Below, in pieces: positions 47,711 through 56,830 of a stretch of DNA of 64,000 bases. Position numbers and translations under genes: made by a program. Source of the stretch: Candidatus Thermofontivivens primus (lineage in GTDB: Bacteria; Sysuimicrobiota; Sysuimicrobiia; Sysuimicrobiales; Thermofontiviventaceae); NCBI GenBank assembly GCA_031458695.1, contig JAVKJW010000003.1:73105-137104 (forward strand). The letters run 5' to 3'. The notes beneath the pieces were generated by a model. That model saw only the letters and a list, made by a program, of their open reading frames with translations. It searched no databases and was not told the DNA's origin. Position 1 is the first letter of the stretch, and each line of letters begins with the position of its first letter.

Positions 47711-48523
47711 ATGAAGCTGAGTATGGTGGTCTCTCCTTCTCCGACGACGTTCGAGGCCGTGGCCTTCCAAGGGGAAGTAGCTTCGCACCTCCATGAGCTG
47801 AAGGCCTTGGGATACGAGGGTGTTGAGCTGGCGATCCGGGACCCTGGATCCGTGGATCGAACGGCCCTCCGGGCCCTCCTCGACGAGGTAGGGCTTTCGG
47901 TTCCAGCCCTCGGGACAGGCCAGGCGTACCTCGCCGATGGTTTGAGTTTCACCAATCCCTCAAAGGGCGTTCGTCGCGGGGCTGTTGCGCGCGTCCGCGC
48001 CCATATTAGCCTGGCCGCAAGCCTCGGGGCCATGGTGGTCATTGGGTTGATCCGGGGGAAGGTGGAGGAAACCCCGCGGGAACAGGCGGTAGCGTGGATG
48101 CTGGAGTGTCTCAAGGAATGCGCCCAAGTTGCAGAGGATGCGGACATGCGCCTTGTTCTGGAGCCCGTGAACCGCTATGAGTCCAATCTGATCAATACGG
48201 TGGAGGAGGCCTTGGCGGTGATCCAGGAGGTAGGCTCGCCCTACCTCGGCCTCCTGGCGGACACCTTTCATATGAACATCGAAGAGCCCTCCATAGAGGC
48301 GTCGCTGAGGGCTGCCGGGAGCCTGCTCTGGCATGTGCACATCGCCGATAGCAACCGCAGGGCCCCTGGCCTCGGCCACCTCGACTTCCCCCGTATCCTC
48401 AAGACCCTGCGCGAGATAGGGTACTCTGGCTATCTCTCCGCCGAGATCCTTCCCTTCCCGGACCCTCATGAAGCCAGCCTCCAAACGGTGCGCTACCTCA
48501 AGGGGATCATGAGCTCTCCATAA
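47711..48523 (+). CDS. iolO: 5-keto-L-gluconate epimerase
   Basis: MKLS.V...FEAVAFQG, VELAIRDP, GTGQAYLADGLS, VIGLIRG, LEPVNRYE, DTFHMNIEE, HIADSNR.APG.GH (Thermotoga IolO-like). Confidence 0.87.
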   Translation: MKLSMVVSPSPTTFEAVAFQGEVASHLHELKALGYEGVELAIRDPGSVDRTALRALLDEVGLSVPALGTGQAYLADGLSFTNPSKGVRRGAVARVRAHISLAASLGAMVVIGLIRGKVEETPREQAVAWMLECLKECAQVAEDADMRLVLEPVNRYESNLINTVEEALAVIQEVGSPYLGLLADTFHMNIEEPSIEASLRAAGSLLWHVHIADSNRRAPGLGHLDFPRILKTLREIGYSGYLSAEILPFPDPHEASLQTVRYLKGIMSSP

Positions 48524-48559
48524 TCACGGAAGAAGGAAACTTTCTTTGCACGTCGAAAA

Positions 48560-48575
48560 ATGACAACGTTGTCAT
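48560..48575. promoter_or_regulatory. LacI-type operator ATGACAACGTTGTCAT
   Basis: Perfect 16-bp palindrome with central CG directly abutting the ATG of the second LacI gene. Confidence 0.82.
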
Positions 48576-49568
48576 ATGCCGGTGACGATTCGAGATGTAG
48601 CCAGGCAAGCTGGTGTATCGGTAAAGACGGTCTCCAGGGTGATCAATGGGGACGGTCCCGTCCGAGAGGCGACGCGGCAGCGCGTCCAGGCGGTAATCGA
48701 GGCCCTGCACTATCGTCCGAACGCAGTTGCGCGGAGCCTCGTGACGCGTCGCACCATGGCCCTGGGCCTCCTGATCGCCGACGTTATCAACCCCTTCTTC
48801 CCAGAAGTTGTACGAGGGGTTGAGGACGCAGCGAAAGTGGCTGGGTATACCGTCCTTCTTGGGAACACAGATGAGGACCCCGTGCAAGAGGAACGGTACT
48901 TGGCCCTCATGCAAGAGCGCCAAGTGGACGGTTTAGTACTTTCTGGCTCCCGTGCGGAGGAGGAAGTTTTGAGGCAAGCGGCGGATTCCGGCTTCTGGAT
49001 GGCCTTGATCAACCGCGCGGTACACCACCCACGCATCCTTTCCATCCTTGTGGACAACGCTGATGCGACAGCCCAGGCCACCTCTTACTTGATCCAGAAA
49101 GGACACCGGCGTATCGCGTATCTCCTCGGTCCCAGCAGGGCCGAAGCTGCACGACTCCGGTTCGAAGGGTACCGCCGCGCCCTCCGAGAGCATGGGATTC
49201 CCTTCCGGCCAGCGTACGTGGTGCAGGAGATCCCTCGCATAGAAGGGGGGCGAAAGGCTATGCGAACCCTCCTTGCGCTCCCCTCGCCTCCCACGGCCGT
49301 GGTTGCCTATAATGACCTCATGGCCATTGGGGCCATAGAGGCTGTTCAAGAAGCAGGTGGCAGGGTTCCCGACGATGTTGCTGTCATCGGTTTTGATGAC
49401 ATTCTCCTCGCAGCGTATACCATCCCACCCCTGACCACGGTGCGCGTTCCAAAGTACGAGATGGGATACAAGGCCGCAGCTGCCCTGATCGATACCATCA
49501 AGATTGGCCGGACATCCCCTCGAGTGGTGCGGTTCAAAGGGAAGATCGTCGTACGAGGGTCGGCCTAG
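48576..49568 (+). CDS. LacI-family transcriptional regulator
   Basis: TIRDVARQAGVSVKTVSRVIN, YRPNAVARSL, NDLMAIG, IGFDD. Confidence 0.96.
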   Translation: MPVTIRDVARQAGVSVKTVSRVINGDGPVREATRQRVQAVIEALHYRPNAVARSLVTRRTMALGLLIADVINPFFPEVVRGVEDAAKVAGYTVLLGNTDEDPVQEERYLALMQERQVDGLVLSGSRAEEEVLRQAADSGFWMALINRAVHHPRILSILVDNADATAQATSYLIQKGHRRIAYLLGPSRAEAARLRFEGYRRALREHGIPFRPAYVVQEIPRIEGGRKAMRTLLALPSPPTAVVAYNDLMAIGAIEAVQEAGGRVPDDVAVIGFDDILLAAYTIPPLTTVRVPKYEMGYKAAAALIDTIKIGRTSPRVVRFKGKIVVRGSA

Positions 49569-49577
49569 GAGGCCGGG

Positions 49578-50342
49578 ATGTACGTTACGGTACGGCCGCA
49601 GCGTGGATATCAGGAGATCTTTGGGGCGGAGAGGTTCCAGTATCTCCATCTCGGGTTTCTCTCCCTGGAGGCAGAAGACCGCTTCTCTGGTGAGACGGGG
49701 CAGCGCGAGCTGGTGATGGTCCTCCAGTCAGGGGACTGTGAAGTCCACACGGAAGGGTTTTCCGCCCCTCTCCGCCGCAAGTCCGTCTTCTCCGAGAAAG
49801 CCAGCGCCGTCTATCTTCCTCCGGGTGTTCCATTCACTGTGCACGCCCGTGGTTCATCGCAACTCGTGTTGGCGTCAGCTCCTGCGCATACTGGACCCAT
49901 GCCGACGATCATCGGGCCCGATGCTGTGCGGGTGCGCGAGGTGGGGAGGGAGAACTGGCAGCGGGAAGTCCATGATATCGTGTCCATGGATTTCCCAGCC
50001 GAGAGGCTCCTGGTCGGGGAGACCTATAATCCCCCAGGGAACTGGAGCAGCTACCCTCCTCACAAGCATGATATGGACCGTGGAGAGGAGGAAACGGCGA
50101 TGGAGGAGGCCTACCTCTTCCGCATCGACCCGCCGCATGGGTTCGGCCTTCAGTGCCTGTACTCTGGCGATGGCCGCGAGGAGGTCTACATCGTCAGGAA
50201 CCTGAGCGCAGTTGCCCTCTCGGGCTATCACCCGGTGGTGGCGGCTCCTGGATACAGGCTTTACTACCTCTGGGCGATGGCGGGGAGAAGGCGGAAGCTC
50301 ATCCCGCATATCGAGGAGGCACATGCCTGGATCCTAGCATAA
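49578..50342 (+). CDS. iolB: 5-deoxy-glucuronate isomerase-like (IolB/KduI cupin)
   Basis: RKSVF, LLVGETY, GNWSSYPPHKHD, MEEAY, GYHPVVAAPGY.LYYLW.MAG. Confidence 0.88.
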   Translation: MYVTVRPQRGYQEIFGAERFQYLHLGFLSLEAEDRFSGETGQRELVMVLQSGDCEVHTEGFSAPLRRKSVFSEKASAVYLPPGVPFTVHARGSSQLVLASAPAHTGPMPTIIGPDAVRVREVGRENWQREVHDIVSMDFPAERLLVGETYNPPGNWSSYPPHKHDMDRGEEETAMEEAYLFRIDPPHGFGLQCLYSGDGREEVYIVRNLSAVALSGYHPVVAAPGYRLYYLWAMAGRRRKLIPHIEEAHAWILA

Positions 50343-50395
50343 TGTCTTTCGAGCCCAGCACACGTCTATGGAAAATTGAGTCAAGGAGGGGAAAG

Positions 50396-51739
50396 ATGAT
50401 GAAAGGGATTGCCACGAGAGCTCTTGTGATTCTCCTTGGGCTTGTGTTCCTTCTCACGAGTATCCCTGCGGGGTCGGCCGGCGCGCCCGTGACGATCACC
50501 GTGACCAATCGCAAGGGGTGGCGGTCCACGGAAGGGATCAAGGCCAACCTCCCCCAATTTGAGAAGGCCACGGGGATCAAAGTGAACTGGATCGACATCC
50601 CGCCAGGGGAGCTCACAGCCAAGACCCTCGCGGAGCTCGAGGCCAGGACAGGAGCGTTCGATGTGATCATGGCCAGCGTGGAGTTCGACCTGGCCGCGTA
50701 CTACCGTTACCTGATCCCCCTGGACGAGTTCATCGCCAAGAAGTGGGGGAGCGTGGCTTCCTTCAAGCGGCTTATCAGCCCTGAGGCCGCTCGCGCCATT
50801 GTCTGGGAAGGAAAGGTCTATTATATCCCCTTCCACGGCAATGTCCAGTTCCTCATCTACCGGAAGAAACTGTTCGAAGATCCTGCGGAGCGATCGGCGT
50901 TTAAGCAGCGGTTTGGCTATGACCTGCCCACACCTCCCAAGACCATCAAAGAACTCGTGGATGTCGCTGTCTTCTTTACCCGCCCGGAGAAGAACCTGTG
51001 GGGGCTGGGGATCCCTCTTGGGGGGAAATACCCCCAGCACTTCTTGGAACACGTGATGCTGGGTGCAGGAATTGATGTTGTGGATCTGAAGACACGGAAA
51101 CCAGACTTCGCCGAGGGTGCGAAGCGCGACCGGGCCGTGGAGATCGCCCAGTTCCTGTTCGACCTCTTGTATAAGTACAAGGTGATCCCTCCCGGGGCGA
51201 AGACCATGGGACACGTGGAGATGCGGGAAATCTGGAAGCTGGGCCAGCTCGCCATGGCCTTCTCCTGGTGGGGTGACCACTGGGACAAGCTTACTTCCCC
51301 GGAGTTCGTGTCGGCGGTTGGGGAGGTGGGGAGCGCCCCGTTCCCACAGTGGCCGGGCGGGCCTCCAGGACGCAGTGGCGGGCGCATGTCCATCTGGACC
51401 GTAGGCATCGTGGGCACCACGAAGAACAAGGACGCGGCCTGGAAGTTCATCGAGTGGCTCGTCTCCGAAGAAAACCTCCAGACCGAGGCCCGGACCTCCG
51501 GATCTGCCTCCCACTGGATCGCTGTGGACAAGGTCTCGGCAGAGCGCGGGTGGCTTGCCAAGGGTCTCGTGGAGGCGCTTCCCAAGAGCGTCCCTCCGCG
51601 CCTGGGGTTCCTGAAGGAGGGTCCGGAGATCGTCACCGCTTTTATCGAGGAAGCGCAGGCGTTGACCGTGGCAAGCGTTTCCCCGAAAGCAATGGTTGAT
51701 CGGCTGGCGAAGCGCATCGCAGAGATCCTGAAAAAGTAA
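50396..51739 (+). CDS. Carbohydrate (CUT1) ABC substrate-binding protein
   Basis: Signal peptide; FEKATGIKV, GKVYYIP, IYRKKLF, AWKFIEWL; RBS AAGGAGG. Confidence 0.88.
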   Translation: MMKGIATRALVILLGLVFLLTSIPAGSAGAPVTITVTNRKGWRSTEGIKANLPQFEKATGIKVNWIDIPPGELTAKTLAELEARTGAFDVIMASVEFDLAAYYRYLIPLDEFIAKKWGSVASFKRLISPEAARAIVWEGKVYYIPFHGNVQFLIYRKKLFEDPAERSAFKQRFGYDLPTPPKTIKELVDVAVFFTRPEKNLWGLGIPLGGKYPQHFLEHVMLGAGIDVVDLKTRKPDFAEGAKRDRAVEIAQFLFDLLYKYKVIPPGAKTMGHVEMREIWKLGQLAMAFSWWGDHWDKLTSPEFVSAVGEVGSAPFPQWPGGPPGRSGGRMSIWTVGIVGTTKNKDAAWKFIEWLVSEENLQTEARTSGSASHWIAVDKVSAERGWLAKGLVEALPKSVPPRLGFLKEGPEIVTAFIEEAQALTVASVSPKAMVDRLAKRIAEILKK

Positions 51740-51758
51740 AAAAGCTCAGGCGAGAATG

Positions 51759-51816
51759 GAGAAGGGTCGGGAGCTTCCCTGGGCGTGGCTGGACGCGATG
51801 GCTCCCGACCCCTCTC
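51759..51816. other. Strong stem-loop between SBP and permease genes (mRNA stabiliser or attenuator)
   Basis: GGGTCGGGAGC (51764-51774) / GCTCCCGACCC (51801-51811), extendable past one mismatch; no U-tract. Confidence 0.65.
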
Positions 51817-51848
51817 TGTAGAATCGGGCCAGTTGGGGAGGGAAACAT

Positions 51849-52709
51849 GTGCGGCGACTCACCTTGGATCAGGCGGTCCTGATCGCTCCAGCGCTTGCGA
51901 TCATGCTCGTCTTCTTCGCCTACCCCATTGGCCTCACTGTGTACTTCAGCCTCCTGGACTACTCCCTCATGCGTCGCACCAAGGCGTTCGTCGGCCTTGC
52001 CAATTACCTCCACGTGCTCCAGAGCGACCTTTTCGTCAGGACCGCCACCAACACCCTGGTTTGGGTCGTGATCTCCACGGTCCTTCCCCTTCTCATTGCG
52101 CTTGTTGCCGCACTGCTCACCTACTTCCGGTTCCGCGGGTATCGTGCCTTCACCGCGCTGTTCAGCCTTCCCATTGTGTTCATCCCATCCTCCACGGCGA
52201 TCCTCTGGGCCCTCATGTACAGCGACCCGTTTGGACTCGTCAACCACCTATGTGAAGCCTTCGGCCTTGGGCGACGTATCTGGCTTGCGGACCCAGCCAC
52301 TGCGCTCCCGGCTGTTTCCATAGCCAACGCTTGGTATGGGACCCCGTTCGCTTATCTGATGCTCCTTGCCGGGCTAGAGAGCCTACCGCTCGAGCCGATC
52401 GAGGCCAGTGAGGTAGATGGGGCGTCTAGCCTCCAGAAGGTGCGCTACATCCTCCTTCCTATGCTCTGGCCCATTTTCACCGTGGTGTTCCTCCTGCGCC
52501 TCATCGATACGGTGCGGAGCTTTGCCCTCATCTGGATCATGACCCAGGGAGGGCCAGGGACAGCCTCGCTAACGCTCCCCGTTGCAACGTTCAAGGCTTC
52601 CTTCCTGCAGTACGATTACGGACTCGGTTCCGCGTGGGGGATCATCAACGTGATTGTGGTGATGGGGATCAGCTTTGCGATTGTGTGGAGGAGGAGGGAG
52701 GTTGAATGA
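51849..52709 (+). CDS. Carbohydrate ABC permease
   Basis: FVGLANY, EASEVDGAS, MTQGGPG. Confidence 0.92.
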   Translation: MRRLTLDQAVLIAPALAIMLVFFAYPIGLTVYFSLLDYSLMRRTKAFVGLANYLHVLQSDLFVRTATNTLVWVVISTVLPLLIALVAALLTYFRFRGYRAFTALFSLPIVFIPSSTAILWALMYSDPFGLVNHLCEAFGLGRRIWLADPATALPAVSIANAWYGTPFAYLMLLAGLESLPLEPIEASEVDGASSLQKVRYILLPMLWPIFTVVFLLRLIDTVRSFALIWIMTQGGPGTASLTLPVATFKASFLQYDYGLGSAWGIINVIVVMGISFAIVWRRREVE

Positions 52710-53521
52710 AGGGCGGGTGGGGAGTTCCCCTCGTTGCATTGGCTATCTTCCTTCTCTTAGTCTGGGCTCTCACCCCTGTGGTCTACGCGATGCTCATCTC
52801 GCTGGCAGGGTTCGATCTCCCTACCAAGCTGGGGTTACCAAACGATCTTACCTTCGCGAACTATCTAGATGCGCTGACGGACCGGGAGGTCTACCGGGCC
52901 ATGGCGAACTCCCTGATCATCGCTGTGCTCGCTACAGCGATCTCCACCTTCTCAAGCATCCCCGCCTCCTATGTCTTCTCCCGTTCTCAGTCCAGGGTGG
53001 CATCGGCGCTCCTCCTGTTGTTCCTGTTCTTCCGCCTCTTCCCGTGGATCGCCCTGGCCTTCCCGATATTCCTAGTGATGGCCCGCTTCCGCCTCCTCGA
53101 CACCTACCTCGGGGTGAGTATCGGGCACACTGTCTGGATCATCCCCACCGCCATCTGGTACATGAAGGGTTTCTTCGACCTCGTGCCCAAGGAGCTCGAG
53201 GAGTCAGCTGTTCTTGACGGGGCGACGCCCTTTGTGCTGCTCACGAAGGTGGTGCTCCCCTTGGCGATCCCTGGGATGGTCGCCGTGAGCCTGCTGGCCT
53301 TTTTCTCCAGCTATACCGAGTACCTCTACTCGCTCATCCTCACCCGGGTCCACACTGTCACGCTGCCTGTCCTGATGGCAGGATATCTTTCTGAATTCAA
53401 GGTGGAGTGGCGGAAGATCTCGGCGATCTCCATGCTCTCGACCATCCCGATGCTGGCGTTCTATTCCTACCTCCTCAGCTACATGCGGCGGGGCCTCCTG
53501 TACGGCGTCATGAAAGGATGA
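52706..53521 (+). CDS. Carbohydrate ABC permease
   Basis: NSLIIA, VPKELEESAVLDGA, TLPV; ATGA overlap. Confidence 0.92.
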   Translation: MKGGWGVPLVALAIFLLLVWALTPVVYAMLISLAGFDLPTKLGLPNDLTFANYLDALTDREVYRAMANSLIIAVLATAISTFSSIPASYVFSRSQSRVASALLLLFLFFRLFPWIALAFPIFLVMARFRLLDTYLGVSIGHTVWIIPTAIWYMKGFFDLVPKELEESAVLDGATPFVLLTKVVLPLAIPGMVAVSLLAFFSSYTEYLYSLILTRVHTVTLPVLMAGYLSEFKVEWRKISAISMLSTIPMLAFYSYLLSYMRRGLLYGVMKG

Positions 53522-53545
53522 GCTGCTCCACAGAAGGGGGACGAG

Positions 53546-55039
53546 ATGGAGAAGACGATCTTGACCCTCGATCTAGGCACCACCGCGGTGAAAGCGACGC
53601 TGTTCACCGTGGATGGGGTGGTCTGTGCGCAGGCAATGCGAGAGTATCCCACGGAGCGCCCACGGCCGGATTGGGCAGAGCAGGACCCGGAAGTCTGGTG
53701 GGAGGCGTCCGTGGAGGCGATCCGTGCCCTCGGGGATCTCCGAAGTGTCAAGGTAATTAGCTTGACATCTCAGCGCGAGGGGGTCGTCCCCGTGGATGCC
53801 CAGGGGAACCCGCTCGCCCGGTGCATCATCTGGCAGGACCGACGGGCCTACCAAGAGGCCCAGGAGCTTGCTTCGGCCTTTGGCGAGGGACTCCACGCAC
53901 GGACGGGGATGCGGCCGGACCCAACGTTTACCGCCCCGAAGCTCTTGTGGATGCGACGCCACGACCCCGATTCCTTCACCCGCGCCCGTTGGTTCCTCCA
54001 GCCGCGTGACTATCTCTACCTGCGTCTTACGGGGTGTGCCGTCACCGATCCCTCCCTGGCCTCGCGCACCATGTTGTGGGATCTCCGCGCAGGCTGCTGG
54101 TGGGAGGAAGGGTTGTCCTACGTGGGCTTGCGGAATGACCAGCTCCCGCCTGTGTATCCTTCGACGGCTATGCCGGGTTCACTCTCTGTAGGGGCCGCGC
54201 ACTCCCTCGGTGTGCAGCCGGGAATCCCTGTGGTGGTTGGGGCGGGGGATCGCGCGTGTGAGGCCATCGGCGTTGGGGCGGCAGATGGCCGGGTGATGGT
54301 GAGCACAGGGACGACGACCAACATCTCCACGGCGACAGTGGCCTTACCTGCTCGCCTCGACCCACGCTTGCTCTACTCCGCCCACGGGATCCCCGGATGG
54401 TATCTCATCGAGCAGGGGCTGAGCACTTCGGGCTCGATCCTCCGGTGGCTCCGCGATGAGGTACTAGGCGGACAGTGGACATATGCAGATCTTGACCGTC
54501 TCGCTGCAGAAAGCCCGCCCGGTGCCAGGGGATTGATCCTTCTCCCGTTCTTCATGGGCGCACGGTCGACACGCTGGAATCCCCACGCGCGTGGTCTTTT
54601 CCTGGGATTCACCCTTGGCCATCGCCTCGGCGACCTCGTGCGAAGCGTCTTAGAGGGAGTTGCGATGGAGATCCGGGCATGTCTCGACCTGTTGCGGGAA
54701 GGGAGTGTGCATGTTTCCGAGATCGTGGTAGTGGGCGGGGGTGCGCGGAGCAGCCTCTGGAACCAGATCCTGGCCGATGCCGCGGGATGTCCCGTCGTTG
54801 TGCCGAAGGAACGGGAGGCGGCCTCCCTCGGGGCGATGATCCTGGCTGCGGCAGGGATGGGCTACCTTGGGGAAATCTCTTCAAGTTGGAAAACCCTGAA
54901 CCCGGTGGTCAACCTCTTCACATACCGGGAGGAGATTGCTCGCTTCTACGAGAACCTGTACTCCCTGTACAACGCGACCTACCGCGCCGTGGAGCCCTTA
55001 TACGAGAGCCTCGCTGCCTTAGACGAGGAAGGGAGGTGA
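53546..55039 (+). CDS. FGGY-family carbohydrate kinase
   Basis: LDLGTTAVKA, AEQDPE.WW, IIWQDRR, PKLLW, GAGDR, STGT, VGGGARS.LW.QI.AD. Confidence 0.93.
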   Translation: MEKTILTLDLGTTAVKATLFTVDGVVCAQAMREYPTERPRPDWAEQDPEVWWEASVEAIRALGDLRSVKVISLTSQREGVVPVDAQGNPLARCIIWQDRRAYQEAQELASAFGEGLHARTGMRPDPTFTAPKLLWMRRHDPDSFTRARWFLQPRDYLYLRLTGCAVTDPSLASRTMLWDLRAGCWWEEGLSYVGLRNDQLPPVYPSTAMPGSLSVGAAHSLGVQPGIPVVVGAGDRACEAIGVGAADGRVMVSTGTTTNISTATVALPARLDPRLLYSAHGIPGWYLIEQGLSTSGSILRWLRDEVLGGQWTYADLDRLAAESPPGARGLILLPFFMGARSTRWNPHARGLFLGFTLGHRLGDLVRSVLEGVAMEIRACLDLLREGSVHVSEIVVVGGGARSSLWNQILADAAGCPVVVPKEREAASLGAMILAAAGMGYLGEISSSWKTLNPVVNLFTYREEIARFYENLYSLYNATYRAVEPLYESLAALDEEGR

Positions 55040-55839
55040 TGACTCTGAAGTTCTCCTGCAGCCTGACGTTCCTGTTTACGGAGGTTCCTTTCCTCGAGCG
55101 GTTTGAGCGCGCCGCCGCGGCAGGGTTCCGGGCGGTGGAATACATGTTTCCCTATGGCTATGAGATCCCGGCGATCCGAGAATGCCTGGAGCGGTTCGGC
55201 CTCCAGCAGGCGCTGTTTAACCTCCCCGCAGGGAACTGGGATGCTGGGGACCGCGGGATTGCCGTGGATCCGGATCGGCGCCAGGAGTTCCGGGAAGGAG
55301 TCCACCGCGCCCTCGAGGTTGCAGAACAGCTCAATTGCCCTCGCCTGAATTGCCTTGTCGGCAAGCGACGCGAGGATCTGCCTTACGAGGAGCAGTGGGC
55401 CGTCCTCGTGGAGAACATGCGGTACGCTGCAGAGGTGGTGGGGGGAGCTGGGAGAACCCTTCTCGTGGAGCCCCTGAACACCTACGATATCCCTGGTTTC
55501 TTCCTGACGACGACGCGGGAAGCGTTGCGCCTTATCGAGGAGGTTGGGCATCCCGCGCTCAAACTCCAATACGACGTCTATCACATGCAGCGCATGGAGG
55601 GGAACCTTACCTGGACCTTGCGGACGCATCTCTCGCGCATCGGTCATATCCAGATCGCCGATGCCCCGGACAGGCACCAGCCGGGCACGGGAGAGATTCA
55701 CTTCCCGTTCCTGCTCAGGGAGCTGGAGCGGTTGGGGTACGATGGGTATGTGGGGCTGGAGTACGTTCCCCTTGGTGGTACCGAGGCGTCCCTGCGGTGG
55801 ATGGAGGAGATGGGATTTCCATTAGAGGTGACAAGGTGA
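55039..55839 (+). CDS. hyi: Hydroxypyruvate isomerase
   Basis: FLFTEVPFLERF..AA.AGF.AVEYMFPY, FNLPAGNWDAGDRG, EPLN, YDVYHMQ.MEG, HIQIADAP.RHQPGTGEI. Confidence 0.92.
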   Translation: MTLKFSCSLTFLFTEVPFLERFERAAAAGFRAVEYMFPYGYEIPAIRECLERFGLQQALFNLPAGNWDAGDRGIAVDPDRRQEFREGVHRALEVAEQLNCPRLNCLVGKRREDLPYEEQWAVLVENMRYAAEVVGGAGRTLLVEPLNTYDIPGFFLTTTREALRLIEEVGHPALKLQYDVYHMQRMEGNLTWTLRTHLSRIGHIQIADAPDRHQPGTGEIHFPFLLRELERLGYDGYVGLEYVPLGGTEASLRWMEEMGFPLEVTR

Positions 55840-55883
55840 CAGAGTGACTGAGTGACAAGGTGACAGAGGGATGAGGTGAAAGG
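55828..55883. repeat. 8-bp tandem repeat GTGACAnn across the hyi stop codon
   Basis: gtgacaag-gtgacaga-gtgactga-gtgacaag-gtgacaga-gggatgag-gtgaaagg. Confidence 0.85.
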
Positions 55884-55897
55884 AGGTTAGGACCGAG

Positions 55898-56797
55898 ATG
55901 GCGGAGCGCGTTGGGTTCATCGGCCTTGGGATCATGGGGAAGCCCATGGCCAGGAACCTCTTAAAGGCAGGGTATTCCCTTGTCGTGCACAATCGCAGCC
56001 GGGGTCCAGTGGAGGAGCTGGCCAAAGAAGGGGCGACACCGGCGAGCTCTCCGCGGGAAGTGGCGGAGCAGGCAGAGATTGTCATTACCATGTTGCCCGA
56101 CTCCCCGGAGGTGCGCCAGGTGATCCTTGGGGAGAACGGGGTGATTGAGGGGATCCGCCCCGGGTGCATCGTGGTGGACATGAGCACCATCTCGCCCATT
56201 GTGACCAAGGAGATTGCTGCGGCCCTTGCAGCCAAGGGAGTCTCCATGCTCGACGCACCAGTGAGCGGTGGGGAGCGGGGAGCCATCGAGGGGACTCTTT
56301 CCATTATGGTGGGAGGACCTAAGGAAACATTCGAGCGCGTCCTGCCAATCTTCCAGGTTCTCGGCAAGAACATTGTCCACATCGGCGAGAACGGCGCAGG
56401 CCAGGTCACCAAAGCGTGCAACCAGATCGTCGTGGCCGTGACGATCCAAGCAGTGAGCGAGGCCTTGGTCCTGGCAGCGAAATCTGGCGTGGATCCTGCG
56501 AAAGTCCGACAAGCATTGCTGGGAGGGTTCGCCCAGAGCCGGATCTTGGAGGTCCACGGGCAGCGCATCCTCGAGCGCAACTTCAAGCCCGGGTTTAAGG
56601 CGAGGTTGCACCTCAAGGACCTGGGTATCGCCCTGGCCACAGGGAAAGCCGTTGGCGTTCCCTTGCTCACCACGAGCCTTGTCCATGAGATGCTGAACGC
56701 CCTGTGTGCAGCCGGCCGGGAGGAGTGGGACCACTCTGCCCTGGTGACCCTGGTGGAAGAGCTGAGCCACACCGAAGTCAGAGCAGCAGCTACGTAG
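55898..56797 (+). CDS. garR: Tartronate semialdehyde reductase (GarR/GlxR type)
   Basis: GFIGLGIMGKPMA.NL, ITMLPDSP, DAPVSGG, GAGQVTKACNQI, GGFAQSRIL, FKPGF. Confidence 0.9.
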   Translation: MAERVGFIGLGIMGKPMARNLLKAGYSLVVHNRSRGPVEELAKEGATPASSPREVAEQAEIVITMLPDSPEVRQVILGENGVIEGIRPGCIVVDMSTISPIVTKEIAAALAAKGVSMLDAPVSGGERGAIEGTLSIMVGGPKETFERVLPIFQVLGKNIVHIGENGAGQVTKACNQIVVAVTIQAVSEALVLAAKSGVDPAKVRQALLGGFAQSRILEVHGQRILERNFKPGFKARLHLKDLGIALATGKAVGVPLLTTSLVHEMLNALCAAGREEWDHSALVTLVEELSHTEVRAAAT

Positions 56798-56830
56798 GAC
56801 GGGGCGACCTTCTCCATCCAAGCGAACCTT

